Shown here piece by piece: positions 13,196 through 26,900 of a DNA stretch of 64,000 nt. Both the position numbers and the translations under genes were made by a program. Location: contig CM069157.1 in NCBI GenBank assembly GCA_035221665.1, forward strand, positions 7,936,001-8,000,000. Reading direction: 5' to 3'. This DNA comes from Okamejei kenojei. Lineage: Eukaryota. Below the pieces are notes generated by a model. The model worked only from the letters and a program-made list of their open reading frames with translations. It was not told the DNA's origin and did not search any database. Position 1 is the first letter of the stretch. The number at the start of each line of letters is the position of its first letter.

Positions 13196-14918
13196 AAGAC
13201 AATTAAGGGTCTCGACCCGAAATGTCGCCTATCTCCTTCGCTCCTTAGATGCTGCTGCACCCGCTGAGTTTCTCCAGCTTTTTGTGTACCCTAAATTGTT
13301 GTTCAGTTTCTTTAGGAATAGAATTTAGGAACAGAATGATGTCATACAGCCATTGAGTCTGCTTCATTGTTCAACTAGATTATGGCTGATCTATTTTGCA
13401 TCATTCTTTTTGCATCCAATTGCAATTCCTTTAACTTCTAGACATCTATTGAGCTGTGTTGAATATAATTGATGACTGAGCAAGCACTGCCCTCCAGGGT
13501 AGAAACTTCCAAACCTTTACCACCCTCCAAGCACTGTCTTAAACAGCAGATTACTTATTTTGAAACTCACCCTTTAGCTAAAGGGTGTGTGCCCCCCCCC
13601 CCCATCTACCCTACAGAGCCCTCTAAGAATCTTTTTTAACATTTCGTTGAGGTTGCCCAAGATCTCAAGAAGTTGCAGAAATGTAGACCAATCCATCACA
13701 CAAATAGCCTTCCTGCCATCAATTCAGTGTACACTTCATACTGCCTCAGGAAAGCAACCGATCTGGTCAAGGATCATTTTCTCCCCGGTCAGTCCCTCTT
13801 CTGTCAGACAGAGAGTTATCGGACTAGCAAATGGTCCTCTCATATGCCGATCTCCCAACCTTCCTCATTACCGACCGTACACATTTTTCCTCTACAATTG
13901 TAACATGATAACACTATATTCTGCACCCTAGTATTTTTCTCTCTGCATTACCCTGTTACACTAGTGTATGGCTTGATTGTATTTGTGCATAGTATGATTT
14001 GACTGGATAGCATGTAAACAAAGCATTTCACTGTATCTCGATACACGTGACAATAATAAACTAATAGCAATATTGCAGCCTGACCTGCTGTGTTACTCCA
14101 GCACTTTGTGCCCTTGTGTCTAAACCAGCACCTGCACTTTCTTGTTTCTACTAATACCAATCCTTCTCATTCTTCCATAGTTTAGATAATAGAGATTTGG
14201 CGTACTCAATCTCTCCTCGTAATGAGTCACTCTGAAATCTGCACTGCACTCCATTTTTGCAAGTGTCCTTATTCATTGACAGTCTCGAGTGCAGTTGCAG
14301 TTACCATGAGGCACTTTTTTTTAATACTCTAGTTGCTTTGACAGCATTAACTTCCCACCCCATCACTCCTCCCCACCCCTGCCACCACGTAACCCAAAGC
14401 ACAGAGTACTTCAGGATAGGATGAGAAAAAAAATAATGAATGGAAATCACAAACAACAAGGTTTACCTGAGCTTTCAACTGGTGTCTTTGTTTAGGCCAG
14501 TTTACAATTTACGGTATGCGTTGCAGAATTGGGGTTCCACTAAAATGTTTACATGAGAATGTAGAGACACAGACAGACACGCACACAGGCAGAGACACAC
14601 AAACACACACCCAGGCACGCACATATACACACACCTCTTTCTTTGGATTTGTGGATCTAAGCTCCTCCCGCTCTAACCTCTGGCTTCACGTAATCTGCAA
14701 TGAGGAATGATAGGCATTCGGGTGAGACGGGAAGTCGTAAGATTATCTTATTTATGAACCCAGGGACACCTCTTGAGAATAGAAAGAGAACAAGTCAAAT
14801 CGCTGGGCACGCCTCTTACCTGATGCTGACTTGTTATGTCCAACTGAAGCTTTTCACATTGTTACTGTTCCTGGGACTGCATGATGTTAAAATAAATAGC
14901 ACAGGAAGAAGATTTGGA

Positions 14919-14964
14919 ATGGGGCATGCTTCCTTTTCTAAGGTGCGTGAGGCAGACGTTTGTG
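14919..14964 (+). CDS. PHACTR4: PHACTR4 first coding exon (MG-start isoform): [15 protein letters not shown]
   Basis: ggaATGG start, 15 codons plus 1 nt, strong GTG|GTAAGT donor, phase 1 fits next exon. Same length and MG start as the recalled human MGQADVSRPVNPDAV isoform. Confidence 0.75.
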
Positions 14965-17900
14965 GTAAGTATTGTGTGATGTCGCGAGCATTCGGTTTGT
15001 TGGATGGTGTTACTGCATTCTGGCGCAGGTGAACTGATGAGATGATAGGAATTTGAGGACTCCAAAAGGCTGCTACAGATCAAGTTTCACTCCATGGTGT
15101 GTTAGCTAAGGAAGAGACTTGTAGGCCTTGTGTAAGTTGTACCTTCATGTATACAGGCATCGGGCGTTCCAGGAACCTTGTAAATGAGACAAAATGTGTC
15201 TAATTCTTTTTAATGAAAGCAACCATTATGTGTCAGTGAAAACAAGCCACAGCAACAGGTTTAAGATGGAAGAATGTTCCGCATCTTCTCTCGACATAGA
15301 AAATCCTAGCCTTTCTTCCTGATATACTTTGTTTCTCCAATGCATGATGCTCATACTTTTACTGATTTTCATTTGCTCAAACGTATTTTTGGCGGATTCC
15401 CACACCCACCTTCTCTTGCCGTATCCTCGTCCCGCCCTCCTCCCGTCCCGCCACCTCCCCCTTCCTTGCCCTCTCGCCTTGCTCCTTGACCAATCCCAGT
15501 CCTCCCTCATCTAACCCCCCCGTTCTCATCTCTAACCTAACCCTCGAACCACCCTCCTAACCCTCTCCCCTTTAATCCTCACTCCCCCACCGACCCTGCC
15601 TTCCCTTGCCCTTACCCTACCCTCCATAACCATATCCCCTACCCCCTCTTACCCTCGCCCCTGCCCCTTTCTTGTACTTAAAGTTATTCTTTATCCGCCT
15701 GGCATTACAGCTGGTTGTCTCTTTGCGCATCAATTTCATTAGTTTTCATTAGGGATTTTAAAATAATGGGCACCACCTAACATTGTTATAAAACAATCAC
15801 TTCTGGATAAAAAATACTGAAAGAATGGTCATATATTTGAGGCAAATTTAATGAAATATTTTGAAAAGACTATTCCGGGATTGTTTATCATGTTTTGTGT
15901 TTGTATTCTCACTGCAATCGATTGTTCTGGAGAGATGCAGAAGTATTAACCTTGCTGGAAAGCATTCATGTCAGCCACTGCACATTATAGTGAATTGTAA
16001 GCAGTAGTTTGTCTTGTCTTTTAGCTTGGATATTTTGATGTAGTGATTTCAAATGCCCCTATTAGTGAGATTTGAAAAGCTTTTAATTCAGGAAAGAGTG
16101 AGAAAAGTAGGTAGGATGCTGATTTAAACTGAAGATAGACCCAAAAAGCTGGGATAACTGTCTGAAGAAGGGTCTCTACCCAAAACGTCACCTATTCCTT
16201 CACTCCAGAGATGTTGTCTGACCGGCTGAGTTACTCCAGCTTTTTGTGTCTATCTATGAGTGAGAAAATGTATGGAGCAATGTGGGCTGGTGAATAACTG
16301 TTGTAAGGATTAACAAACATTAAACTTCATTCCCATGCACCATTTTCTTGGATCTGATGGTTTAGAGTTCTCGTTTGTGAATATGGCTCCAGAATGTTGC
16401 AACTGGGTACCAACACTCTAACTGTATAAAAGATTGTTATTCTGTTATTGGAAACCTACTCTTTAGACTTTAGAGATACAGTGTGGAAACAGGCCCTTCG
16501 GCCCACTGATGGAGTCCGCGCTGACCAGTAATCACCCCGTACACCAGCACTATCCTACACTTTAGGGACAATGTATAATTTACAGAAGTCAATTAACCTA
16601 CAAGCCTGTACATCTTTGGAGCGTATGAGGAAACCCAAAGAAAACCTATGTAGAAAAACCCACAGGGCGAATGTACAAGCTCTGTATATATAACACCCGT
16701 AGTCAGGATCGAACCTGGGTCTCTGGTGCTGTAAGGCAGAAACTCTACCACTGTGCTACCCTAATTTTACCTTTATTGGAAAACCATCTGCCATAGCTTT
16801 CCTAATGGTTGAACAATTACTCTATTCTCCCTTTTTCACTCCTTTCTCTTGGATTAATTGCAATGTTAGGTAATGGTTTTAGAGCTACCTAATACCAAGA
16901 GTGTAAGATGTCCAGGTGTTAACATGTAGCTCTGAAAATAGCAAGCTACTAATAGCAGACAGGTGATTACTTTCTTTGGTGACCGTTTACACAATGGAAA
17001 CATGAACAGATATTTTCCATCAATTCAGTCGTGAACTACCGCTCTTTGCCAGATGGAAAACCTGAACTAAAGGGTAAATAAGTCCATTTGTCATCATATC
17101 ATAGTCAGAGTGCTATGTAAAGAAAACATCTCTTGCTTGCTTAATGAATGTTTCATGATAAGGCAGTAGGAAGTACGAAATGCTCTTGAACACCCTTATG
17201 CAACATCTATATCCAGTGTTGTCAGTTCTGTCTGCTATAAACTGCTTAAGTTTTTAAAAGAAACTGCTCTAACCTTGTATGAATCAATGCATTTCTAAAT
17301 CTTTGCTATTGTGTTCGATACTGTGAGATTTTTGCCTTTGGTTTAGAGTTTGGCAGGTTGAAACGTGTGGTTTTCAAGCAAATATAGATAAATATGAGTC
17401 ATTTATGTGCCTTTATTTACAATGGAAAAATAATCTGAATATCGGAAGTGCAATATGTGCATAAGAGGCAACGTGCAATCTGAAATTTAATTCTTCAGGA
17501 TAAGGGCAACATAATTGCCTTTCCTTGACGCTGAAATCGAGTCACCGGTTTAAAATACCCAATAACTGTTGTTATTCAATTGAAAACTAACATTACAAAA
17601 ATGAGAATGTTGTACTGAAATAAAACAAAGAGATTTCATTCATAACATTTTTTGAAGCACCACTATGCATATCCCAGGAGGGATTTAACTACTGTTCTTT
17701 AGGAACCCATTTCTTTGAAGAGATTTAGTTGATCAAAATTACTTTTATCAACAAAGTCATGTAGCTTGGAAACAGGCCCTTTGGCCCAGCCTGCCCATGC
17801 CGACCAATGCGCCCCATTTACACTAGTCGCACTCGCCTGCATTTGGCCCATAACCTTCTAACCCTATCCTACCCATTCTAAACCTATCCTATCCATCGGT

Positions 17901-20900
17901 CTGTGGTATTTTGTACATAACTTAGTGTCATTTTGCAAAACTATTTTCTTTTGTTAAACATTGGAGAAAAATGCTTTCATGTGCTAACTGATATTGAGAA
18001 TGACTTCATAAGTTTATGTGATAGCAGCAGAATTAGGCCATTCGGCCCATCAAGTCTGCATTTAATCATGGCTGATCTATCTCTCCCTCCTAACCCATTC
18101 CCCTGCATTCTCCCCCTTAACCCCTGACATCAGTTCTAATCAAGAATCTTTCTGTCTCTGTCGTAAAAATGTCCATTGACTTGGCATCCACAGCCTTCTG
18201 TGGCAATGAATTCCACAGATTCACCACCCTCTAAAGAAATTCTTCCTCATCTCCTTCCTAAAGGAACGTCCATTAATTCTGAGGCGATGACCACTGGACC
18301 TAGACTCTCCCACTGGTGGAAATATTCTCTCCTTATCCACTCTATCAAACCATGTGAAAGTAATCATTCAAGTGATTAAGGATTGTATCCTCTACGTAGT
18401 CCTGCTCAGCATTCAATTGACACCTCTGAATTTAACTGAACTTTGTCTCCTCTAATTCATGTTTTCAGCTGAGGAAGAGGAGCCTCGTATGCCAGTGGGC
18501 TCAGGAAATGACGTCTCCGGGTCGAATACTCCCACAGCACGGAGGAAGGGGAAGTTCCCAGGATTTGGCAAAATATTCAAACCGTGGAAATGGAGGAAAA
18601 AGAAAACCAGTGAAAAGTTCAAGGAAACCTCTGCAGGTAAGAAACTTGTGCCCCCCTGAGGACACTGCTTTCAGAGTTTGAAAGACCAGTTTAACATGTA
18701 AAATGTTCTCCTATTTTAACCCATTCAGCCTGTCCACAGAATATTGTAAATTTTAAAAGTTATTGAAACGGAATTCTTCATAGGACCTACTCCCCCCCCC
18801 TCCTCCCTTGTTGGACACCGAATGAAAAGATCTGGGATGTAAAAAGATTCAAGTTCATTTGTTCCATTCATTGTTTGACTTAAGCCTTCTGAGATGCTGC
18901 TGTGGGAAGCTGGAAGAGACAGAAGGCACCAAGGGTGTTGCATCCAAGTCACAGTGCACATCTTCAGTAAAAGAAGAAATAAAATGGAGTGGATAAAGAA
19001 AAGAAGGAAACGCATTCTGAGTAGCACCATTAATCAATTAGACTTGTAGAGAACTATTGCTCTGTTGAGGGCATTTTTATTCTTTCACTTCATCAACTAA
19101 CCCCGGTCCCCTAAGTTATTTTTCCTGGAGCCATTTTATTTTCTCCCCCTTCAACTATTTATTCAGTTCTCTGTTGAAAGCAACAAATGAGTCTGCATCC
19201 GCTTATGTGCTGGGCAGTGCCGTTCTTACTGTAAAGAAATGTTGACTCTTATCAGTTCTTGCTCTGCTGCCAAGCGCTTCAAATCTGCCCTCATCACCCT
19301 CCTGCTACATGATGCAGTTTTTCATTGTTTACTCTGTTGAAACTATTTGTAAATTTTGAACTTCATCGTACCACCTCTGCTCCAATAGAGCAACCCCAGC
19401 TTCACCGCACTATTCATGCAATTGCGATTCTTCATCCGCGACACTATTCTCGTAAAGGAAAGCAAAGTGTGAAGGGTCTCGATACGAAACGTCACCCATT
19501 CCTTCTCTCCAGATATGCTGCCTGTCCCACTGAGTTACTCCAGCATTTTGTGTCCACCTACCTTTCTTGTAAAGCCCTTTCAAAGAATCATGCACAGAAT
19601 TCTCCAGTTGAAAAAGGATCCCGATCCGAAACGTCACAATCCATTTTCTCCAGAGATGCTGCCTGACCCGCTGAGTTACTCAAGCACTTTGTGTCAATCT
19701 TAAGTAATTTAATAGTTGGTAGAACTGATAGTTGAGGAATGGGAAGAGCTTTGCCATTCACATTAGTGCCATGAAAGCATGTCGATCTGAAAGGGAAAAT
19801 TAGACATGGTTTAATTTGTTTCCCAGGCCCATGTTGGGATTGAAAGCTTCAGTTGTGTACTCAAGTCATTAGAGTGGAACTTAAATCTCTTGCCGCCAAA
19901 TCCAAGATAACCATGCCATCTTAAGAGACGGAACTAACATCCGAAAGATTGCATGCAAAGTGTAGGGTGCGACCAGCTTTGTAATGGTTAGAAAAGGTAA
20001 GAATGCACTTTTGGTAAGTTGTAGTCATACAAGCACACATGAAAACAGTAACAGGAGCAGACCACCTGGTTACACAAAACTACCCCACAATTCAGCATGA
20101 TCCAGGCCTCAACTGCTCTGTGCCATTTCCCCATCGGCCTCAATTATCTAACCTTTCAATATGCTATCCACCTTGGTTTTAGATACCTCCATGATTCTCC
20201 TCCAGGGTGGAGAATTCCAGAGATTCACCACTCTCCATGAGAAGAATTTTTTATACAGCCCAGTTTTAAATGATCAGCCTCCTATCTTGTAACTGTGTCC
20301 CCTCGATCAAGATTCTCCCACTGGTGGAAACATCTCAACATCTATCATGTTGTGTTTCCTTGTAATTTAAAATGTTTCAGTAAAATCACCTCTTAATTCT
20401 TGAAACCTTCAAAGAATGTAGATCTAACTTTTTTCATCATCCCTCATAGGAAAACCTTTTTTTTCGCAAGGAATTAGATTAATGAATCTCTCTCAATGCT
20501 CATGAACCACAAATGCTCGTTACAAATAACAGGATCAAAACTAGCCATGTTACTTCAGGTGCAGCCTTGCCAGTGTAATTGTAATAGTACTTTATTTCTA
20601 AATTCCATCCTATTTGTTATAAAAGTGCCATTTGCCTTTCCAATAACTTGTGCATCCTAAATTTTGTTTTTCATGCTCAAGAGCATCTAGATCCCTCTGT
20701 CACTCTCTCCACACGTCATACTTTGCCATTTGATTCCTCCTATTGAAGTCACTGATCTCTCACAGTCAACTCCATTTTACCAATTTTCAGCCACTCACTC
20801 GACCTATCTATATCTTGAATTAAAACCCAACTATCTACATCGCAGCACGCCCTCCCACCATTTTCGTTTTGAGCAAACTTTAATGCATTAACTCTGCTTT

Positions 20901-23900
20901 CTCCTACAAGTCATTAATATAGATAACAAACAATTGTGGGTCAAGAACTGATTCATGGCACATTTCATTAGTTACATCCTTTGAGTGTGAAAAAGACCTA
21001 TTTGTTCTCACCTTTTTGTTTTCTATGTGATAAACAGTTTTCAATCCACATTAAAGCAGCCCCCCAGTATGCTGAACTCCAATTTTGTACAGCAGCCTTT
21101 ACATGGCACCTTGTTAAGTGACCTCTGGAAATCAAAATGTACTACATTGACAGATTCTCTGTTTTACATCTTTGATAGAATAGAACCTGTAGATGTAGTG
21201 TATTTGAATTTCCGGCAACAATTTTGTCCAAAATGATTTTTCTATTATAAAACAATTTGAATTGGTTGGATTAAACTGCTTTATTTTTTACCTTTTATTT
21301 ATAAACTCCAGCATCTTGCCGACAATAAATGTTAAACTAATGTTTCCCAATTTTAAGTGTCCACTTTTCTGATCAGTAGTAATAATGGACTTGTAAACGT
21401 CCATAAATTTAATGTTCCATTTAGATTAAGAGATGACTGGAACTTTGAAACAGCTGGCAGCACAAAAGGGATTAAGAGCACAAACATTTAATCCACTCAT
21501 CAATTTGAAATTAACACACTATGAGTGCAATGTATTGTTGCACATAATGTATTGATTGTTCGGGCCAACTTGGTTGAACAAATGTGCATTTTCTTGTCTG
21601 TTCTTAATGTTCCAGTCAACTACATCTATCTCACATGTTCGTCTAAGATCATTTTTACTAAACACAAATGGAAATTGTGTCTCGGCCCAAAACGCCACCC
21701 ATTCCTTCTCTCCACAGATGCTGCCTGTCCTGCTGAGTTACTCCAGCATTTTGTGTCTACAATTGGAAATTAAATTAGTTTATTTTAAAGAAGCAAGTTC
21801 CTTTATGGATATTATTGAAATCGTTTAATTTGGGTTTAAAGATTTTCAGCAAGAATATTCACCTTAACATTAAATACTTCAGAATGATTGAGTGAATATA
21901 GAAATGGAAAACAGGAGCAGGGGGTAGATCGTTTGGTTCTTTGAGTCCGCCCCACTATTTAGTACATTGATGGCTAATCTTCCATTTCAATACTATATTC
22001 CTGCTTTCTCCTCATACCTCCTGATGCCTTTTGTGTCTAAAGGTAGACACAATGTGCTGGAGTAATTCAGCGGGTCAGGCAGCATCTCTGGAGAAACATG
22101 ATGAGTGACGTTTCAGGTCGGGACCTTTCTTCAAACTCAATAGTCTTCAGAGTCTGAAGAAGGGTCTCAACCCAAAAAATCGCCAATCCTTTTTTTAGAG
22201 TTGCTGCCTGAACTGTTAAGGTACTCCAGCACTTTGTGTCTATCTGTGGTATAAACAAACATCTGCAGTTCTTTGTTTCTGCCTTTGGTACCTACCTACT
22301 TCCTAAAATTTATAAGTGAAGGGCTCCACCGCCTTCTGTGGTAGATAAATTCACAGATTAATAGAAGAAATGTTTTCATCTCAATCCTAACTTTTCATCT
22401 ATTTTCATCTGTTCACTGTCAGATGGGTATCTGGAAACTGCACTATTATTTTTACACACCACATTTCCCCCTACACCGCCAGCCACACAGGAGAAATAGT
22501 CTTCCTTTAGCTTGTCTGACTATGGATTGTCTCAAATGATTATCTTCATTGCCTCAGGAAATTGAGAGATTAGTTTTGGAATTTCTCTAAAATTAGCTGC
22601 GAGTGGTCCTTTTGTGCTTCATGCCTCTCCTCAGACTAGCTTTGGTTGTGGTGACAGAAGGCGATGCATGAGGTTGCACTGTCAGATGGGCAGGGGGAAT
22701 ATTGGAACGCTTGTCAGTCTGTGTTACTGTTGTCATTCATTGGCGTGGGTGTCATCGGTAAGGCCAGCCTTCATGACCCATCGTAATTATCCTTGTGAAG
22801 GGTTACCCCAATGAACCACTGTATCCTTGTTGTGTACTCCACTATGCTGTTAACCGAAAGGTTCAGGATTTAAATTATATGGTGTTGAAGAAACAGTGAC
22901 ACTTTTCCAAGTTAAGTTAGTGTGTTGCTTGGGGATGTAATTTGATGTTGCTGTGCACCTCATGTCCATTTCCTTCTAGGTGGTAGAAATTGCAGACCTG
23001 AGAGGTAGTGTCAAAAAACCCTAAAATGAACTTTTTGCTTGGAGCTACACATTGCAGTCAAAGTATGCTGACAGAGCAAGGAGTGTTTTTTTTTAATGTT
23101 ATAGGTGGCACACCAATCAAGAGGGTTGCTGTTGCTTTTAATATGTTTGGTTAGTTTTTTGCGCTAAAATTGATTCTTTCTAAATCTGCATTTCCACTGA
23201 GAAAGGTTTTGTAATTTACTTGTTTCCAAACCTCTGAGTCTTTTGTGTATGGTAGTAAGGATGATGTGCTCCAATTCCTATCATTTTATATAATAGCTCT
23301 TAAAAGAAAACAGCTGGCTTCATGTTGTTGTTTCCTACACCCCATCCCTTGTGAATAGCAAAATTGAGAAGCTTGTATCATTGCCTCTTGAAGGTTTTTG
23401 CTATGTAGCTTGTGGTGCTGCAATTATGCATCACAGCCAAGAATTAAATTGATCTCCAAATGTCACTAAATAAAAATAGGAATGCTTGACCCTCTGTCCT
23501 TGTTCCCATTGATGAAATAGGGAAGAAAGGGAATTGCTCAAATTAATGTAACTCTGCACAATTCACCAATACACCAGCTCTTCGTTTTTAACCTTCTCTT
23601 GTTCAGAGTAGAATTATCCGTCTACCTCAACATTAAGAGTATGCACAACTCTCTTTGCCTTTAATATTATCTCACGATTGAGTTTTAATTGTATTTTATA
23701 TCAACTTTCAATTACAAGAGGTGGAGGTGATGACATATTTGAATTCACCAGAGTTGAGTTTAGTGAAGTGAAACATACAAAGATGAAGTGTAATGTATTT
23801 ACATTTTGAGGTTCCACCAAGCTAATTGAGACCAGAGAGATTGAAGCTAATTATGCATTTAAAATACATTAAATGTAACCTAGTCAATCTGCTCCCTTAT

Positions 23901-26900
23901 TCTACTCTCCCCCAACATCCTCTGCCCTGCTTGACCTTGGTTGTTTATCTGGCACTTGCTTTGAAACATATAAAATAGGTGCAGGAGTAGGCCATTCAGC
24001 CCTTCGAGCCAACCGCCATTCAATATGATCATGGCTGATCATCCAAAATCAGTACCCCCTTCCTGCTTTTTCCCTATATCCCTTGATTCCATTATCCCTA
24101 AGAGCTGTATCTAACGATCTCTTGAAAACATCCAGTGAATAGGCCTCCACTGCCTTATGTGGCAGAGAATTCCACAGATTCACAACTCTCTGGGTGAAAA
24201 AGTATTTCCTCATCTCAGTCCTAAATGGACAGTTATTCTTAAACTATGACCCCTGGTTCTTGATTCCCCCTATATGTGGACATTTTTTTTCGGTACTCTA
24301 CCACAAGAGAAAGGAAAATACTGTGAGTGTGATCTCTGAGACCCCAGGCATAACTTTGGGAAGCAATCATTTTACAGTAGCAAAGTTTCAGCAAGTTGCT
24401 TCACACCCACCTAAAGCGTAAAATCTTTCTGATACAAATGTTTCTCTTTGGTGAGGTTTTACATCTTCTCAAAGAAGGTCATTTATTAATTCAAGGATCT
24501 TTTTATTACCTGTGCCAAATTACCTTGAGCTGAGCAGATTGCTAGGTGATTTCTGAGGGAAGGTAAGGATCAATCACAGTGGTAGGTCTGGAGTCATGTG
24601 GAACCCGTTGTGGGAAGATTGGTGAACTAGGTAGGATTTTGTTTTGCAGTAATTCAATAATTTCATAGTCGGCATAACTGGTATTAGTATTTTATAGCTC
24701 AATAATAACTGAACTGAGTTGGATGAGTTTTGTTTTATTCTTCTACTCGAGGTAAAAGACTCTTTTCCTGAAATACTGTTTGCCTGGCTGTTCTGATGTC
24801 CCGGCATATTGTATATGTGACCATTCTACATGTGCATTTCCAACTAATGTAAAACAGTCCAACACTATAAGTGGCTAGTATTGAGCTCTGTGAGATTGAA
24901 GCAATGACCATGCCAACTAATTTTTGCTTTACCTGATATTTGCTCTACATTCTTGCCACAATTTCCTCATGGGGCTCGGTGGCAGAGCTAGTTCGGGTGT
25001 CAGGGTTATGGGGAGACGGCAGGAGAATGGCGCTGAGAACGAACGAAAGATAGATCAGATAAGCCGAATACCCTAATTCTGCTCCGATAATTTATGAACT
25101 TATGAAGCCATCATCTTGGCAGAGATAAGGTAGCTAAATTCACAGTATTGTTCAGTACTACACTATTTCTGCAGTTCTCCATTAGAGCTAGTCCTATGAT
25201 TTAAAATAATATTTGGGCATAATTGAGCTCGCTAATCTGCGGTTCCCAATAACATACGGTGAAGGAAGGGTAATCTGCAAATATAAATGGTTTTACATTC
25301 TCATTTTATCAGATAAGCCATTGATGCAGCTGTGCAAATTGCATCTGCGCAATGTGTATTACAAAAAACATGTTTGTTAATGTATTGTTTCAAAATAGGC
25401 AATTAAAGGCTTAAGTGAGGTAAATTGGCTTGGAAAGCTCACTCTGCAACTAAAACAATTAAATTTTGAATTGACCTAATAAGAAAGGTGAAGATGGAAT
25501 TTTCTGAAATAAATAGTGAATAAAACAGTTTATTGCTCACTGATAAAAAGCAGCTTAATAGCATTGGGTACTCTATTTAAGATATAATGATGCCCTGTAT
25601 GGCCCAAGCATTCGTGATACAATATCTACAACTGAAAGCTCAATTTCCTCACTCTGCAGAAACTCTAAACTAGTTTTTTCTTGGGCTTCAACCAAAACAT
25701 ACATGAAAGCAGGAAAGGATAAAAGCACGCCACTTCACATAGTCACAGTCATACAATATGGAAACAGGCCCTTCAGCCCAGCTTGCCCATGCTGACCAAG
25801 ATGCCAATTCTCCACCAGTCCCACCTGCCAGCCTTTGGCTCATATACTTCCAAACCAATCCATGAAGCTATTGAAATGTATTTTAAATATTTTATAGTAC
25901 CTGCCTCAATTACCTCCTCTGCCAGCTTGTTCCATATGCCCACCACGCTCAGGGTAAACAAAGTTTCCCTTCCGGTTCCTCTCACCTTAAACCCATGTCC
26001 CAGGTTCTTGATTCCCCTGCTCTGAGTAAAACACTCTGTGCATCTACCCTATGTATTCTCCTCATGATCTTATACGCCTCTATAAGACCACCCCACATTC
26101 TCCTGTGCTTCAAGGAATAAAGTCCTAGCATGCCCAACTTCTCCCTTTAGCTTAGGCCCTCAAATCCTGGGAACATTCTTGTAAATCTTCTCTGCACTCT
26201 TTCCAACTTACCAACATATTTCCTTTGGTAGGGTGACCAAAACCAAACACAGTACTTCAAATGTGGCCTCACCAGCGTCTTGTACAACTGTAACATAACA
26301 GCCCAACTTTTATACTCAATACCCTGATTAATGAACGCCAATGTGCCGAAAGCCTTCATGCCCACCCTATCTACCAGTGACGCCACTTTCAAGGAACAGT
26401 GTGCGGACGCTCCTAGATCCCTCTGCACTACTCACACCCCATAGTCCCGCCATTCACGGCGAAGGTGCCCAACTGATTAAGATCCTGCTGCAATTTTTGG
26501 TAACCATCTTCGCTATCTAATATACCACATATTTTGGTGTCATCTGCAAAACTTGCTAACCGTGCCTAGTATATTACTGCTCTAAGCTCTTTACAACTTG
26601 TAGATTATAGCCCATAGAGAATCATTGAAAGCTTAATCGTTACGAGTAGATACTGAATTATGCAGATAATCAGTGGTTTTGTCATGAAATATTTCAATGG
26701 CTAAAATTATAATTTTCTTCAGAGGATATTTCTCACAATCTGCACATTTTTAAATGTTACCGACATCAATCCAATAGTATGGGTGTCAAAAGCCTGAATA
26801 ACTTGTTCCATTAAAACTGCTCAGAACTCTTCAGTAAGGTAGATCCATATGATTTAAGCATGGCAACGTTCTGTTGATCCAGCGTGCTCAGTGATAGACC

